Positions 16,524-24,309 of a DNA stretch of 28,724 bases are shown piece by piece. Under the pieces are notes generated by a model, which did not search any database, was not told the origin of the DNA, and saw only the letters and a program-made list of their open reading frames with translations. This stretch comes from a virus (lineage: Duplodnaviria; Caudoviricetes). The position numbers and the translations under genes are program-made. Location of the stretch: IMG/VR virus record IMGVR_UViG_3300049594_000042, positions 1-28,724 of that record. One strand, given 5' to 3'. Position 1 is the stretch's first letter, and each line of letters begins with the position of its first letter.

Positions 16524-16565
16524 TGTTAGACTGAACTAACTTATCCACCACGAAGGGGAACCATC

Positions 16566-16925
16566 ATGAAATGGGACGCAATGGCAGTGATCAAAGAAGC
16601 AAGTAACTACAAAACTAGGTCTGACTTTTGGCGCGGCAACAGTGTCGCGTATCGCAAAGCGCACAAGTTAGGGATGATGGATTCGCTCTTTCCGTTCGTG
16701 CGCAATGTGGAATACGTCCCCACAATCGCCACGAAGACTGTAACCAAAAAGGTAGCGGTACATGGTGCCAGTGATCAGGCAATCCATGAAGAGGTAGCAT
16801 ACTGGGTCAAAGAGATTGACCGAGGAAGTGCAAGCCTATTTGATGCGAGCAAGCACGTCGGGCAAGAATTCCCTGCTGATCGTGATCGAATCATGCGAAT
16901 GATTCAGAAAGAACTATCAGCATAA
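16566..16925 (+). CDS. Early protein (119 aa) with N-terminal putative DNA-binding module
   Basis: SD AAGGGG; KW...EASNYKTRSDFWRGNSVAYRKAHKLGMMDSLF resembles the ~45-aa module repeated in some phage endonucleases. Confidence 0.7.
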   Translation: MKWDAMAVIKEASNYKTRSDFWRGNSVAYRKAHKLGMMDSLFPFVRNVEYVPTIATKTVTKKVAVHGASDQAIHEEVAYWVKEIDRGSASLFDASKHVGQEFPADRDRIMRMIQKELSA

Positions 16926-16933
16926 CCTTATGG

Positions 16934-16991
16934 AAAGTCTAATCGAGTATCAGAAACAATGATTAGACTTTATGGAATGAATCACTAGAAT
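16934..16991 (+). promoter_or_regulatory. 11-bp inverted repeat overlapping a candidate early promoter
   Basis: AAAGTCTAATC (16934-16944)-16 nt-GATTAGACTTT (16961-16971); -35 TAGACT 16964-16969, 16 nt, -10 TAGAAT 16986-16991. Confidence 0.55.
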
Positions 16992-17014
16992 AATGCACAT
17001 GGAGGTAGCAAACC

Positions 17015-17089
17015 ATGACGCAACAAGAACTAGCCTATCTGTTCCACTGTTACTACAAAGCCCGATTCATCCACGGCATCACTCTCTAG
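17015..17089 (+). CDS. 24-aa micro-ORF MTQQELAYLFHCYYKARFIHGITL
   Basis: Strong SD GGAGGT 8 nt upstream; first ORF after the candidate promoter. Confidence 0.55.
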   Translation: MTQQELAYLFHCYYKARFIHGITL

Positions 17090-17098
17090 GGGATCATC

Positions 17099-17254
17099 AT
17101 GACATCCGCTGAACTTATCTTTCGTCTCGCACTACTGGCACTTGTTGCGCTAGTCGGTGCGGGATTTATCGCTGGTGTGTTTAGTGTCGCAGAATCCGGC
17201 ATCGCCATGAGCTTTGCCGGTCTATCTACTATCCTTCATGAGGTATTGAAATGA
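17099..17254 (+). CDS. 51-aa membrane protein
   Basis: MTSAELIFRLALLALVALVGAGFIAGVFSVAESG...EVLK*; SD AGGGGA; ATGA overlap with the next gene. Confidence 0.65.
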   Translation: MTSAELIFRLALLALVALVGAGFIAGVFSVAESGIAMSFAGLSTILHEVLK

Positions 17255-17817
17255 AAGCCAAACTAATCAAGCCTGATCAATCGAACGCTTACAACTATGG
17301 GCGCGATAAAGAATTGGTGAGCGCCTATTCCGTAGTCGGCACAATCAATGGTGAGCTACGCGAGATTGTCACTGCGCGTGCATACATGGGGCGCAGTGGC
17401 TCTGCCAGTGTGGTCTATATATCGCTATGGGTACATGGTGCCATCCACGCGAGCGGGAAAGGTAGCGCGGGCGGATACGGCTACCACAAGGAAAGCCAGG
17501 CACTAGCGGACGCGATTGAATCGGCAGGGATTGAGCTATACGGTAGCCAATACGCCGATGATAAGGGAATGGTATGGGCAGACTATCCAAATCCCGACTA
17601 TTCTGATGCGGCACTTGATGCCGCCTATGCGATAAGCGAGGATGCCGGATACCACTATCGGTGCACTGTACCGCGCACGCTACGCCATCAGGTCAAAGAA
17701 GACCTAAAGAAACGCGCACATATTGGCGGATGTGGTTCCGATTCGATGCGCCAAGCCCTGTTAGCCATTGCCAAACTTGCCGGCGCTAAAGGCAAACTTT
17801 GTTTTATCTCTCACTAA
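17251..17817 (+). CDS. Hypothetical early protein (188 aa)
   Basis: SD GAGG; GKGSAGGYGYHKESQAL motif; function unknown. Confidence 0.8.
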   Translation: MKAKLIKPDQSNAYNYGRDKELVSAYSVVGTINGELREIVTARAYMGRSGSASVVYISLWVHGAIHASGKGSAGGYGYHKESQALADAIESAGIELYGSQYADDKGMVWADYPNPDYSDAALDAAYAISEDAGYHYRCTVPRTLRHQVKEDLKKRAHIGGCGSDSMRQALLAIAKLAGAKGKLCFISH

Positions 17818-17827
17818 GGGGAACACC

Positions 17828-18058
17828 ATGCTAAACCATGAACAATCACAAGGCACCTACTTGTCGGCTGCTGCTATCGATGAGGTTGTCAGATATGGTA
17901 CTCCGGACGCAATGCGCAATACGCTCGAATCATTGCTAGATCAAATGCGACTTTGTGACTGGAAGAGCTACGAAGAGCTAGGGCTAGAGTTAGAGTCCGC
18001 CTTGGAGACTATCGACGAATTGAAAGCGAGTATAGAAAAACTAGAGAATGGGAAATGA
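17828..18058 (+). CDS. Hypothetical early protein (76 aa, acidic coiled coil)
   Basis: Start re-assigned to ATG 17828 (MLNHEQ) with SD AAGGGG. Confidence 0.7.
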   Translation: MLNHEQSQGTYLSAAAIDEVVRYGTPDAMRNTLESLLDQMRLCDWKSYEELGLELESALETIDELKASIEKLENGK

Positions 18059-18060
18059 TC

Positions 18061-18216
18061 ATGCGCGACACACTAATCGCTGTATACCTTGATTGGTTCA
18101 ATAACTATCTGACCATTGAACGATACGCCGAACACAATGGGTTGTATCCAGATCAGGCAGAATCCCTTATCAAGTTAGCCAAAGACGTTTATCAATCAGA
18201 ACATCCGGAGAAATAA
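18061..18216 (+). CDS. 51-aa early protein
   Basis: MRDTLIAVYLDWFNNYLTIERYAEHNG...HPEK*; below the ORF-track cutoff; the YLDWxNNxLT motif is recognised from other phage early regions. Confidence 0.7.
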   Translation: MRDTLIAVYLDWFNNYLTIERYAEHNGLYPDQAESLIKLAKDVYQSEHPEK

Positions 18217-18272
18217 TGTCCACACTGTTAGCCCTTTGCCTCGCCTTAGTCGGTATCCTGTGGCGCAGTTAG
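18216..18272 (+). CDS. 18-aa hydrophobic micropeptide MSTLLALCLALVGILWRS
   Basis: TAATG stop-start overlap, SD GGAG, ends just before the terminator. Confidence 0.5.
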   Translation: MSTLLALCLALVGILWRS

Positions 18273-18290
18273 CCTAACCTCAAACCAAAC

Positions 18291-18320
18291 AAAAAGCCCC
18301 TTAATCGGGGCTTTTCTTTT
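18291..18320. terminator. Bidirectional rho-independent terminator
   Basis: AAAAAGCCCC-TTAATC-GGGGCTTTTCTTTT between convergent early and primase genes. Confidence 0.85.
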
Positions 18321-20808
18321 ATCCCTTGGCGATGCGCCTAGGGGCTTTTCCGCCTGATGTCGCGTGGATATGATCATATATCCTTTGCCGCGCATCGATA
18401 ACAGTCTGCCGGTAATCCTTGTCAATATCCTTGATGGCGGGATTAATCGCCCATTTAGTGGTTTTCTGATTCTGTTCCAGCAGACTAACCCACCCATTCG
18501 ATTCAAGAATCCCCATTGCATCAGATAGCATCAAATCAGCCCGCTGTGGTGTTATACCTTTGATCTGCTGTCGGGCAGACCTACGCAATTCGGAGAGGGT
18601 TATCGTACTGGCTTGACTTGCCACATATAGAACGTGATCCAAAACCCACTTATCGAGAGAGCTTGCGTCGATTCCCTCGATATTGCCGTACACATAACGC
18701 ATAGCTGGTACGATATAGCCCTGTACCAGTCGTATAGCTCTCACGGCAGTATCCGCTGATACCTCGATAGCGTGGGGATCAGTTATAAGGTGCAGCAGCA
18801 GCATAAGGCGGCCAGTGGTGCCTTCGACTTTACCTATGGCTTCCATATATACGTTCGAGGCCTGGGTGATACGTTCATCCTTCTTCAATATAAGGAACCA
18901 TTCCTGATAAGCCCGGAAAGCCGTATAAGCACCCTCTGACAGGCGATAGGTGGTCACTGGCAGGGCATATATGGCGCGGATGGCTTCTTCGTACTGTAGC
19001 TGCCCTATCGGGTCTATGGCCGAGGGATCGTTGAGCTTGTCACTATGGTGATCCGATATGACGGCGAATATAAACCGCTGTATAAGACCATCTGATATAA
19101 GCATGGGTAGTTTTTCGGTCAGTACATGAGGCTGCATATTGCCGAGTATCCCGACTGCCAGATGGTCAGCGCATAGGTCGCCATCGCCTACCCGATCCAT
19201 CTTGTACTCTTTGCCCTCATAGGACTGTACCCATGTGGATCGATCCTCGCCTGATCCTTTGTCCGATAGCTTGTCTGCCCAGCTTCTCATTTCATCCAGA
19301 TGGCACAGAAGCCCACGGGGACGTTCTATAGCCATTCGTGCGAGTTTCTGGCTGGTGATATTACCCACGGTCATTCGGAGGGCTACAGGAGCTATAGGCT
19401 GGGCGGCAACGGTCGGTAAGGCGGCGACATCCAGATTACCCCCGAGCATATGATTGGGATCAGCAGCAGCTTGCAGGTATGCCTTCTTCGATGCTGCGTA
19501 TGCCGCCTCAAGTGCCTCATATAAGGCGAACTCTTGACGATACCGGGGAAGGTCTTCCTTCTCCAGCTTTGCCAGTATTTCCAACATGGGGGTGGCAGCA
19601 GGGGTCTTCTTGGCCGATGGTGACCCGACTGTCATCGTCCAGAGGATAGGTGGCACTTCCCAGCCGTCCATCAGATGCAGACGGGTACGCTGATCGACTG
19701 CCGCCTGTATAGCCCCAAGTCCGGCGAAGATGGGGACTAGAGGGTCAGCGGCGAATGCACGGGCGATCACCTTGGCGCGATTGGTTAGCACTTCGGGGAA
19801 CAGGTCGATATCGCAGACGGGAGGATGGATCACCAGCCCGTCAATAATGGACTTTGGGGAGGATGCGGTCACCTCGCTGAACATATAGGTCACATCTGGC
19901 AACGGACGTACCCAGCCGGCATCTCGGGCGTAGTGGAACAGGGTGCCGAGCTTGACTCCGGTATCGTCTGCTGTGAAGGATTTCCAGCAGGTCAGGATAT
20001 CCTTCTCACCCTTGTACTTGCTCCCGTTGGCACTCCAATCATTCCATACAGTGAGTGCCTGGTCGAGTTGCTGCGTGGCAGTGCCGGCATAGTGCAGCGC
20101 CATACCGATCTGCACCCACTCGTCGCGGCTGATGTCCGGGTTGATATGGTCGAGTGCCTGTTTGATCTCATCCCATGAGGCATCGACCGGGGAACCCTTG
20201 ACCGAAATACTACGCTCGGTATCCTTGGTCAAGAGGGACTGCCAAAGAGCAAGTAATGCCTCGGGTATGGCGGGGAGGTTGGTGTAATGTCCATTTCCAC
20301 CCCAACTATACGGCTGACAAGTAATCGGGTGACGTACTGCACTTGGCAACACATCCTGCACAGTTAGTCCTGATGCGGTGGCGCAGCGGAAGTCGAGATA
20401 GTTTTTTTTCATACCATCCGATTCGACATAGATCAGCTTCTTGCTAGTCAATGACATACCAAACGGCATACGGTAAAGCAGCTTGGCATGACCGGGATTA
20501 CCACTATTGATAGTCACTGAGTCAGGAGCATCAAATAGTGATTTCAGGTCAATATCATGGGTAGCCAAGAATTCACTGGCTTTATCCCACTCATCGATGT
20601 CCAACGCCATCGTTCCGCTGTACGCATGAGCTAGACCAACTCCAATCGTATCGTTTAGTTTCGAGATGTCAGTGACACATCGCTCTCTCGCATTCCAACC
20701 TAGACCGACCGGACCTTTTCCTGAAACAATGGGGACCAGTGAAAATCCGACATTAATATAACTCTCATAAGCGGCAAGCATTGGTGACATCTTCGGTACA
20801 GCACTCAT
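18319..20808 (-). CDS. Primase-helicase: Prim-Pol (AEP) + PriCT-2 + DUF3987/YfjI-like NTPase (829 aa)
   Basis: ALDID and HP...YSW Prim-Pol motifs; RDEWVQIGMAL...WSANGSKY...LGTLFHYA PriCT-2; VGSPSAKKTP Walker A variant and HLDEM Walker B. Start re-assigned to ATG 20808 (SD GAGGTGG, ATGA overlap). Confidence 0.88.
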   Translation of the reverse strand: MSAVPKMSPMLAAYESYINVGFSLVPIVSGKGPVGLGWNARERCVTDISKLNDTIGVGLAHAYSGTMALDIDEWDKASEFLATHDIDLKSLFDAPDSVTINSGNPGHAKLLYRMPFGMSLTSKKLIYVESDGMKKNYLDFRCATASGLTVQDVLPSAVRHPITCQPYSWGGNGHYTNLPAIPEALLALWQSLLTKDTERSISVKGSPVDASWDEIKQALDHINPDISRDEWVQIGMALHYAGTATQQLDQALTVWNDWSANGSKYKGEKDILTCWKSFTADDTGVKLGTLFHYARDAGWVRPLPDVTYMFSEVTASSPKSIIDGLVIHPPVCDIDLFPEVLTNRAKVIARAFAADPLVPIFAGLGAIQAAVDQRTRLHLMDGWEVPPILWTMTVGSPSAKKTPAATPMLEILAKLEKEDLPRYRQEFALYEALEAAYAASKKAYLQAAADPNHMLGGNLDVAALPTVAAQPIAPVALRMTVGNITSQKLARMAIERPRGLLCHLDEMRSWADKLSDKGSGEDRSTWVQSYEGKEYKMDRVGDGDLCADHLAVGILGNMQPHVLTEKLPMLISDGLIQRFIFAVISDHHSDKLNDPSAIDPIGQLQYEEAIRAIYALPVTTYRLSEGAYTAFRAYQEWFLILKKDERITQASNVYMEAIGKVEGTTGRLMLLLHLITDPHAIEVSADTAVRAIRLVQGYIVPAMRYVYGNIEGIDASSLDKWVLDHVLYVASQASTITLSELRRSARQQIKGITPQRADLMLSDAMGILESNGWVSLLEQNQKTTKWAINPAIKDIDKDYRQTVIDARQRIYDHIHATSGGKAPRRIAKG

Positions 20809-21563
20809 AGTTCCACCTCGTATCTGTTTTTCTTTGCACAATTCTCAGCTTGACTCAGAAGCTGAAGATTACTCGGTACATGAAGACCACTTACATTTTT
20901 ACCCTGTAGCGGGATGATGTGATCGACGTGTAATCCTAACGTCTTTGCTTGTTCGTAAATCTTCTTCATTTGATTGAAATCCTCTTGGGTTAGCCATGCG
21001 GGAAGCCTTTTCTTCCTTGCTGCTCGGTCTTTCCCATTGTGTTTGAGATTCAGGTTTCGTATGACATCTGGATGATTCCGTTTGTACTCAGTACAGTATT
21101 GCCGTGAGTAGTTAGCGTTATCCTCTACTGCGTACCATTGTCTTCTACGCTCCTTGAATTTCTCAGGGTCTTTCTCGTATGCACGTTTCTGTTTTACTCG
21201 TTGTCTTTGTCGTTCTTTAGTCAGTGATACAGGATCGGAAACTATCTTCAATCGCTTGGTTGCGTCGTATTCTCTGAATCGTTCGGGGTTCTCTTTGCGC
21301 CTCTGTCTAAGTCTCTCAGCGTTTCTCAATCGGACTTCGGGTTGTTTGCTGTAGGCACTGGTTCTAGCCTTTTCCTTGTCTGGATTAGTCTTGTACCTAT
21401 CCCTCAACCGCTGTTTAGCGCATTCGTAGCATCTACTGTCACTGACCCAATACGCATGACAACCGCATTTCTTACACCCTACTGACTTATAGAACATCTT
21501 GATTCCTCTGAGTTTTGCTACCGAGATAGGTAGTAAAACTAGATGGTCTGGAAGTGCTGACAT
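20805..21563 (-). CDS. Free-standing HNH homing endonuclease (252 aa)
   Basis: C-terminal HVDHIIPLQG...GLHVPSNLQ...EN; N-terminal Cys cluster; basic linker. Start re-assigned to ATG 21563 (SD GAGGT). Confidence 0.88.
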   Translation of the reverse strand: MSALPDHLVLLPISVAKLRGIKMFYKSVGCKKCGCHAYWVSDSRCYECAKQRLRDRYKTNPDKEKARTSAYSKQPEVRLRNAERLRQRRKENPERFREYDATKRLKIVSDPVSLTKERQRQRVKQKRAYEKDPEKFKERRRQWYAVEDNANYSRQYCTEYKRNHPDVIRNLNLKHNGKDRAARKKRLPAWLTQEDFNQMKKIYEQAKTLGLHVDHIIPLQGKNVSGLHVPSNLQLLSQAENCAKKNRYEVEL

Positions 21564-21594
21564 GGTTACCTCGTAAATTTTTGTTTGACTGCTA

Positions 21595-21623
21595 TTGACA
21601 AGTGTAAAACAAGTCTTTATGAT
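21595..21623 (+). promoter_or_regulatory. Sigma70 promoter for the rightward replication operon
   Basis: TTGACA-17 nt-TATGAT. Confidence 0.8.
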
Positions 21624-21629
21624 TTGCAA
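21601..21629 (-). promoter_or_regulatory. Sigma70 promoter for HNH/primase, overlapping the rightward promoter
   Basis: Minus strand TTGCAA-17 nt-TACACT. Confidence 0.65.
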
Positions 21630-21654
21630 CACCTACTCACAAAGGAGATCAGAA

Positions 21655-21855
21655 GTGGCAACCAAGAAGACGAAGGATCAGACAGTAGCGGTGAGACTGT
21701 CACCCGAAGTCCGCAGGAATTTCATCAACTTATCCGCAAAGTACGGTGGCACCTCATTCGTACTGCGTGAGTTGGTGACTGCGTTCATCGAGAACCGCAT
21801 TGAGATCGAAGCACCCAAGTTGAACCCTCTATTTACCAAAGGACTAACAAAATGA
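21655..21855 (+). CDS. Ribbon-helix-helix (Arc/CopG-like) DNA-binding protein (66 aa)
   Basis: GTG start with SD AAGGAG; TVAVRLSPEVR...TSFVLRELVTAFI fits beta-alpha-alpha. Confidence 0.7.
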   Translation: MATKKTKDQTVAVRLSPEVRRNFINLSAKYGGTSFVLRELVTAFIENRIEIEAPKLNPLFTKGLTK

Positions 21856-22316
21856 AATCTGAAATCCACATCATTGCTGAAGCGATCCTTGCTAACACGA
21901 TGGTCTTGAAGATGCTGGTCGAGAAGCTCCCCGCTGCTGCCCAGGCGGAAGTGGCGAAGGTGGTGAATCCTACTCCTGTTGAGGTGCCTGTGACAACTGT
22001 CCCCGCTGCCGAGTCTCCGGTGACTGTCCCCGTTACTGTCACAGTGTCTCCGGTTGTCTCAACCCCTGTAGCACCGGCACCTGTGGTCGAGACTCCGGTA
22101 GCGCCGGCTCCTGTGGCTGCTCCCTCCAAGTGTCCGTTTGTTGACCAGAAGGGATTGATTGGCTACGTCATGGAAGCGTACAAGCAAATGGGTCAGCAGA
22201 AGGGTGCCAAGATTCAAGGGGTGCTTGACTCACTAGGTATCAAGAATATCAACGAGGTCAAGCCTGAGTTGTACCAAGGTCTGTACGATGGTGTTGAGGC
22301 ACTCCGCAATGTCTAA
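21852..22316 (+). CDS. Replication-module protein with Pro/Val/Thr linker (154 aa)
   Basis: Low-complexity middle; C-terminal VLDSLGIKNINEVKPELY domain of the kind that precedes DUF2800 genes. Confidence 0.75.
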   Translation: MKSEIHIIAEAILANTMVLKMLVEKLPAAAQAEVAKVVNPTPVEVPVTTVPAAESPVTVPVTVTVSPVVSTPVAPAPVVETPVAPAPVAAPSKCPFVDQKGLIGYVMEAYKQMGQQKGAKIQGVLDSLGIKNINEVKPELYQGLYDGVEALRNV

Positions 22317-23517
22317 TCACGCTACCCTCTCTCCCTCCAAGCGGAACCGCTGGGCTGCTTGCCCTGCGAGTATCCGTGAAGAGAAGAAGTACCCTGATGA
22401 GCGCAGCAATCCCGCTGCTATCGATGGCACCCACACTCACACCCTGCTCAACAAGTGCCTGACCGAGCAGAAGTCACCCTCCGAGTACATTGGTCAGACT
22501 CTCAAGGACGAGGATGGTGAGTTTAAGGTGGATGCTGCCCGTGCAGAGCGGGTCGAGTTCGCTCTCCAGTACATCAATGGTCAGCAGATCAATCTGGGCT
22601 TCCCTGAGTGGCATAGTGAGGTCCGAGTTGATCCGGTTCGCATCTTCAAGCGTGACGATCTGGCCGGTACCGTGGATGTCCTGCTGATCGGTGCTGATAC
22701 CATCGAGATTATCGACTATAAGGATGGTCTGGGTGTCGTCGAGGCTGATGACAATCCCCAGCTTGACCAATATGGTTTCGGAGTCATAGCCCGTATAGCC
22801 GACGAGAACCTCAAGGTGACACAGAAGACCATGCGCTTCACGATCATCCAGCCCAAGCTGCGTGAGCGGGGTCTGAGTGGTGTGGTGAGCTACGAGAAGC
22901 CTATGACCGAGTTCTTCATGGGTGAGACTCGCCTAGCTACCCAGGCTGCTGCCACTGACGATCCCAATGCTCCCTTCGTCGCCGGTGATCACTGCCACTG
23001 GTGCAAGCACAAGACCAACTGTACCGCTCGCAATGGTGGCGCACTGGAGGTGATGTTCGCTGATCTGAGTAAGCCGACAATGGACGACCAGATTCGCAAG
23101 ATCATCGAGAACAAGGCAGTCATTCTCGACCTGATCGAGGGTGCCGAGAGGGAAGCTCTGCGCCGGTTTGAGATTGGTCAGCCCATCGAGGGTCTGAAAG
23201 CAGTCAGGGGTCGTGGCTCCCGTGATTGGTCTGTTGATGAGGACAAACTCGTCGATGTACTCAAGAAGTGCGGCGTACCGAGTGAGTCCTGCTACGAGAA
23301 GAAGCTGATCTCGCCGGCCAAGATGGAGAAGCTCAAGTGGATCAAGAAGGATGGCTCCGAGCATACCCTGAGCGATAAGCACCGTGCCATGTTGCAGACC
23401 GAATACATCAAGAAGTCTGATGGTAGTTTGTCCGTTGTATCTGTAAGTGATAAGCGTCCTGCTGTAGAATCATCTCCGCAGTTCGATGCTATTCCCTCTT
23501 TTCTTCAATCTGTCTAA
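22309..23517 (+). CDS. DUF2800 Cas4-like PD-(D/E)XK exonuclease (402 aa)
   Basis: HATLSPS..RWAACP, GTxxH, GTVD, IIDYKDG, NPQL, HCHWC...C; start at ATG 22309. Confidence 0.88.
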   Translation: MSNHATLSPSKRNRWAACPASIREEKKYPDERSNPAAIDGTHTHTLLNKCLTEQKSPSEYIGQTLKDEDGEFKVDAARAERVEFALQYINGQQINLGFPEWHSEVRVDPVRIFKRDDLAGTVDVLLIGADTIEIIDYKDGLGVVEADDNPQLDQYGFGVIARIADENLKVTQKTMRFTIIQPKLRERGLSGVVSYEKPMTEFFMGETRLATQAAATDDPNAPFVAGDHCHWCKHKTNCTARNGGALEVMFADLSKPTMDDQIRKIIENKAVILDLIEGAEREALRRFEIGQPIEGLKAVRGRGSRDWSVDEDKLVDVLKKCGVPSESCYEKKLISPAKMEKLKWIKKDGSEHTLSDKHRAMLQTEYIKKSDGSLSVVSVSDKRPAVESSPQFDAIPSFLQSV

Positions 23518-23528
23518 GGAGTATTACC

Positions 23529-24155
23529 ATGTCTGATGTCATTATGCTGTCCAATGTTCGCCTCTCATTCCCCCACCTGGTCGAACCCCACGCTTCCCCG
23601 CTGAACCCCAACGCAGTCAAGAAGTATTCGGCTGATTTCATCATGCCGCAGGATCACCCCGGCTTTGCTCAATTCATGGCTCAGTATGCTGCTCTGGCGC
23701 AAGCCAAGTGGGGTACGAATGCTCAGAGCGTGATGCAGATGATCCAAGCTGATCGTAAGCTGCGCTGTTACGGTAGTGGTAATGAGAAGGTTGATAAGAA
23801 GACCTTCCAGCCGTATAGCGGTTATGCCAACAACGTCTATATCAGCGCCAACAAGGATCAGGCTCCGCAGATGATCCAGGCTGACGGTAAGCCGACCGAT
23901 TTAGGTAACACGATGGCTTATCAGGCACTGGCTCGCAAGATGTACGGCGGTTGCTACGTCAATGCTGCTATCAAGCCTTGGGTACAGGAGAACAGCTTCG
24001 GTCGCGGTATCCGCTGCGATCTGGTTGCCATCCAGTTCTTCCAAGATGGTGAAGCGTTTGGTGAGGGTGCTGCTGATGCCTCGACCCTCTTCGGTGCTGT
24101 TGCTGGTGCGGCTCCTGCTGCCCCGGCGTTCCCTGCTTTCCTGATGCCTCAGTAA
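23529..24155 (+). CDS. DUF2815 single-stranded DNA-binding protein (208 aa)
   Basis: NVRLSFPHL, KYS, YGGCYVNA, GIRCDLVAIQF..DGEAFG; SD AAGGAG. Confidence 0.88.
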   Translation: MSDVIMLSNVRLSFPHLVEPHASPLNPNAVKKYSADFIMPQDHPGFAQFMAQYAALAQAKWGTNAQSVMQMIQADRKLRCYGSGNEKVDKKTFQPYSGYANNVYISANKDQAPQMIQADGKPTDLGNTMAYQALARKMYGGCYVNAAIKPWVQENSFGRGIRCDLVAIQFFQDGEAFGEGAADASTLFGAVAGAAPAAPAFPAFLMPQ

Positions 24156-24162
24156 AAGGGAT

Positions 24163-24180
24163 GGGGAGCTACGGCTCCCC
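24163..24180 (+). terminator. Stable hairpin after SSB (weak terminator or stabiliser)
   Basis: GGGGAGC-TACG-GCTCCCC with C(UACG)G loop; poor U tract. Confidence 0.55.
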
Positions 24181-24189
24181 TCAATCTAT

Positions 24190-24309
24190 ATGACCTGCGA
24201 AACCTGCCGCTTCTGCACCAAGAAGCTGACCTTCCTTGGATTCCGCGATTGGTGCAAGCGGTACAGGCAGTATCGAACCATCAAGTGTATCGATTGGATC
24301 ACTAAATGA
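24190..24309 (+). CDS. 39-aa Cys-rich micro-ORF
   Basis: MTCETCRFCTKKLTFLGFRDWCKRYRQYRTIKCIDWITK*; ATGA overlap with the polymerase; no clear SD. Confidence 0.5.
   Translation: MTCETCRFCTKKLTFLGFRDWCKRYRQYRTIKCIDWITK

Noticed and set aside
21600-21607. AAGTGTAA shared between the replication promoter and the 34-bp IR arm
   Set aside because: An 8-mer match is expected about once by chance in this much sequence.
22309-23517. Cas4-like nuclease as evidence of a CRISPR system
   Set aside because: No repeat-spacer array or other cas genes; DUF2800 is a routine phage replication/recombination nuclease.
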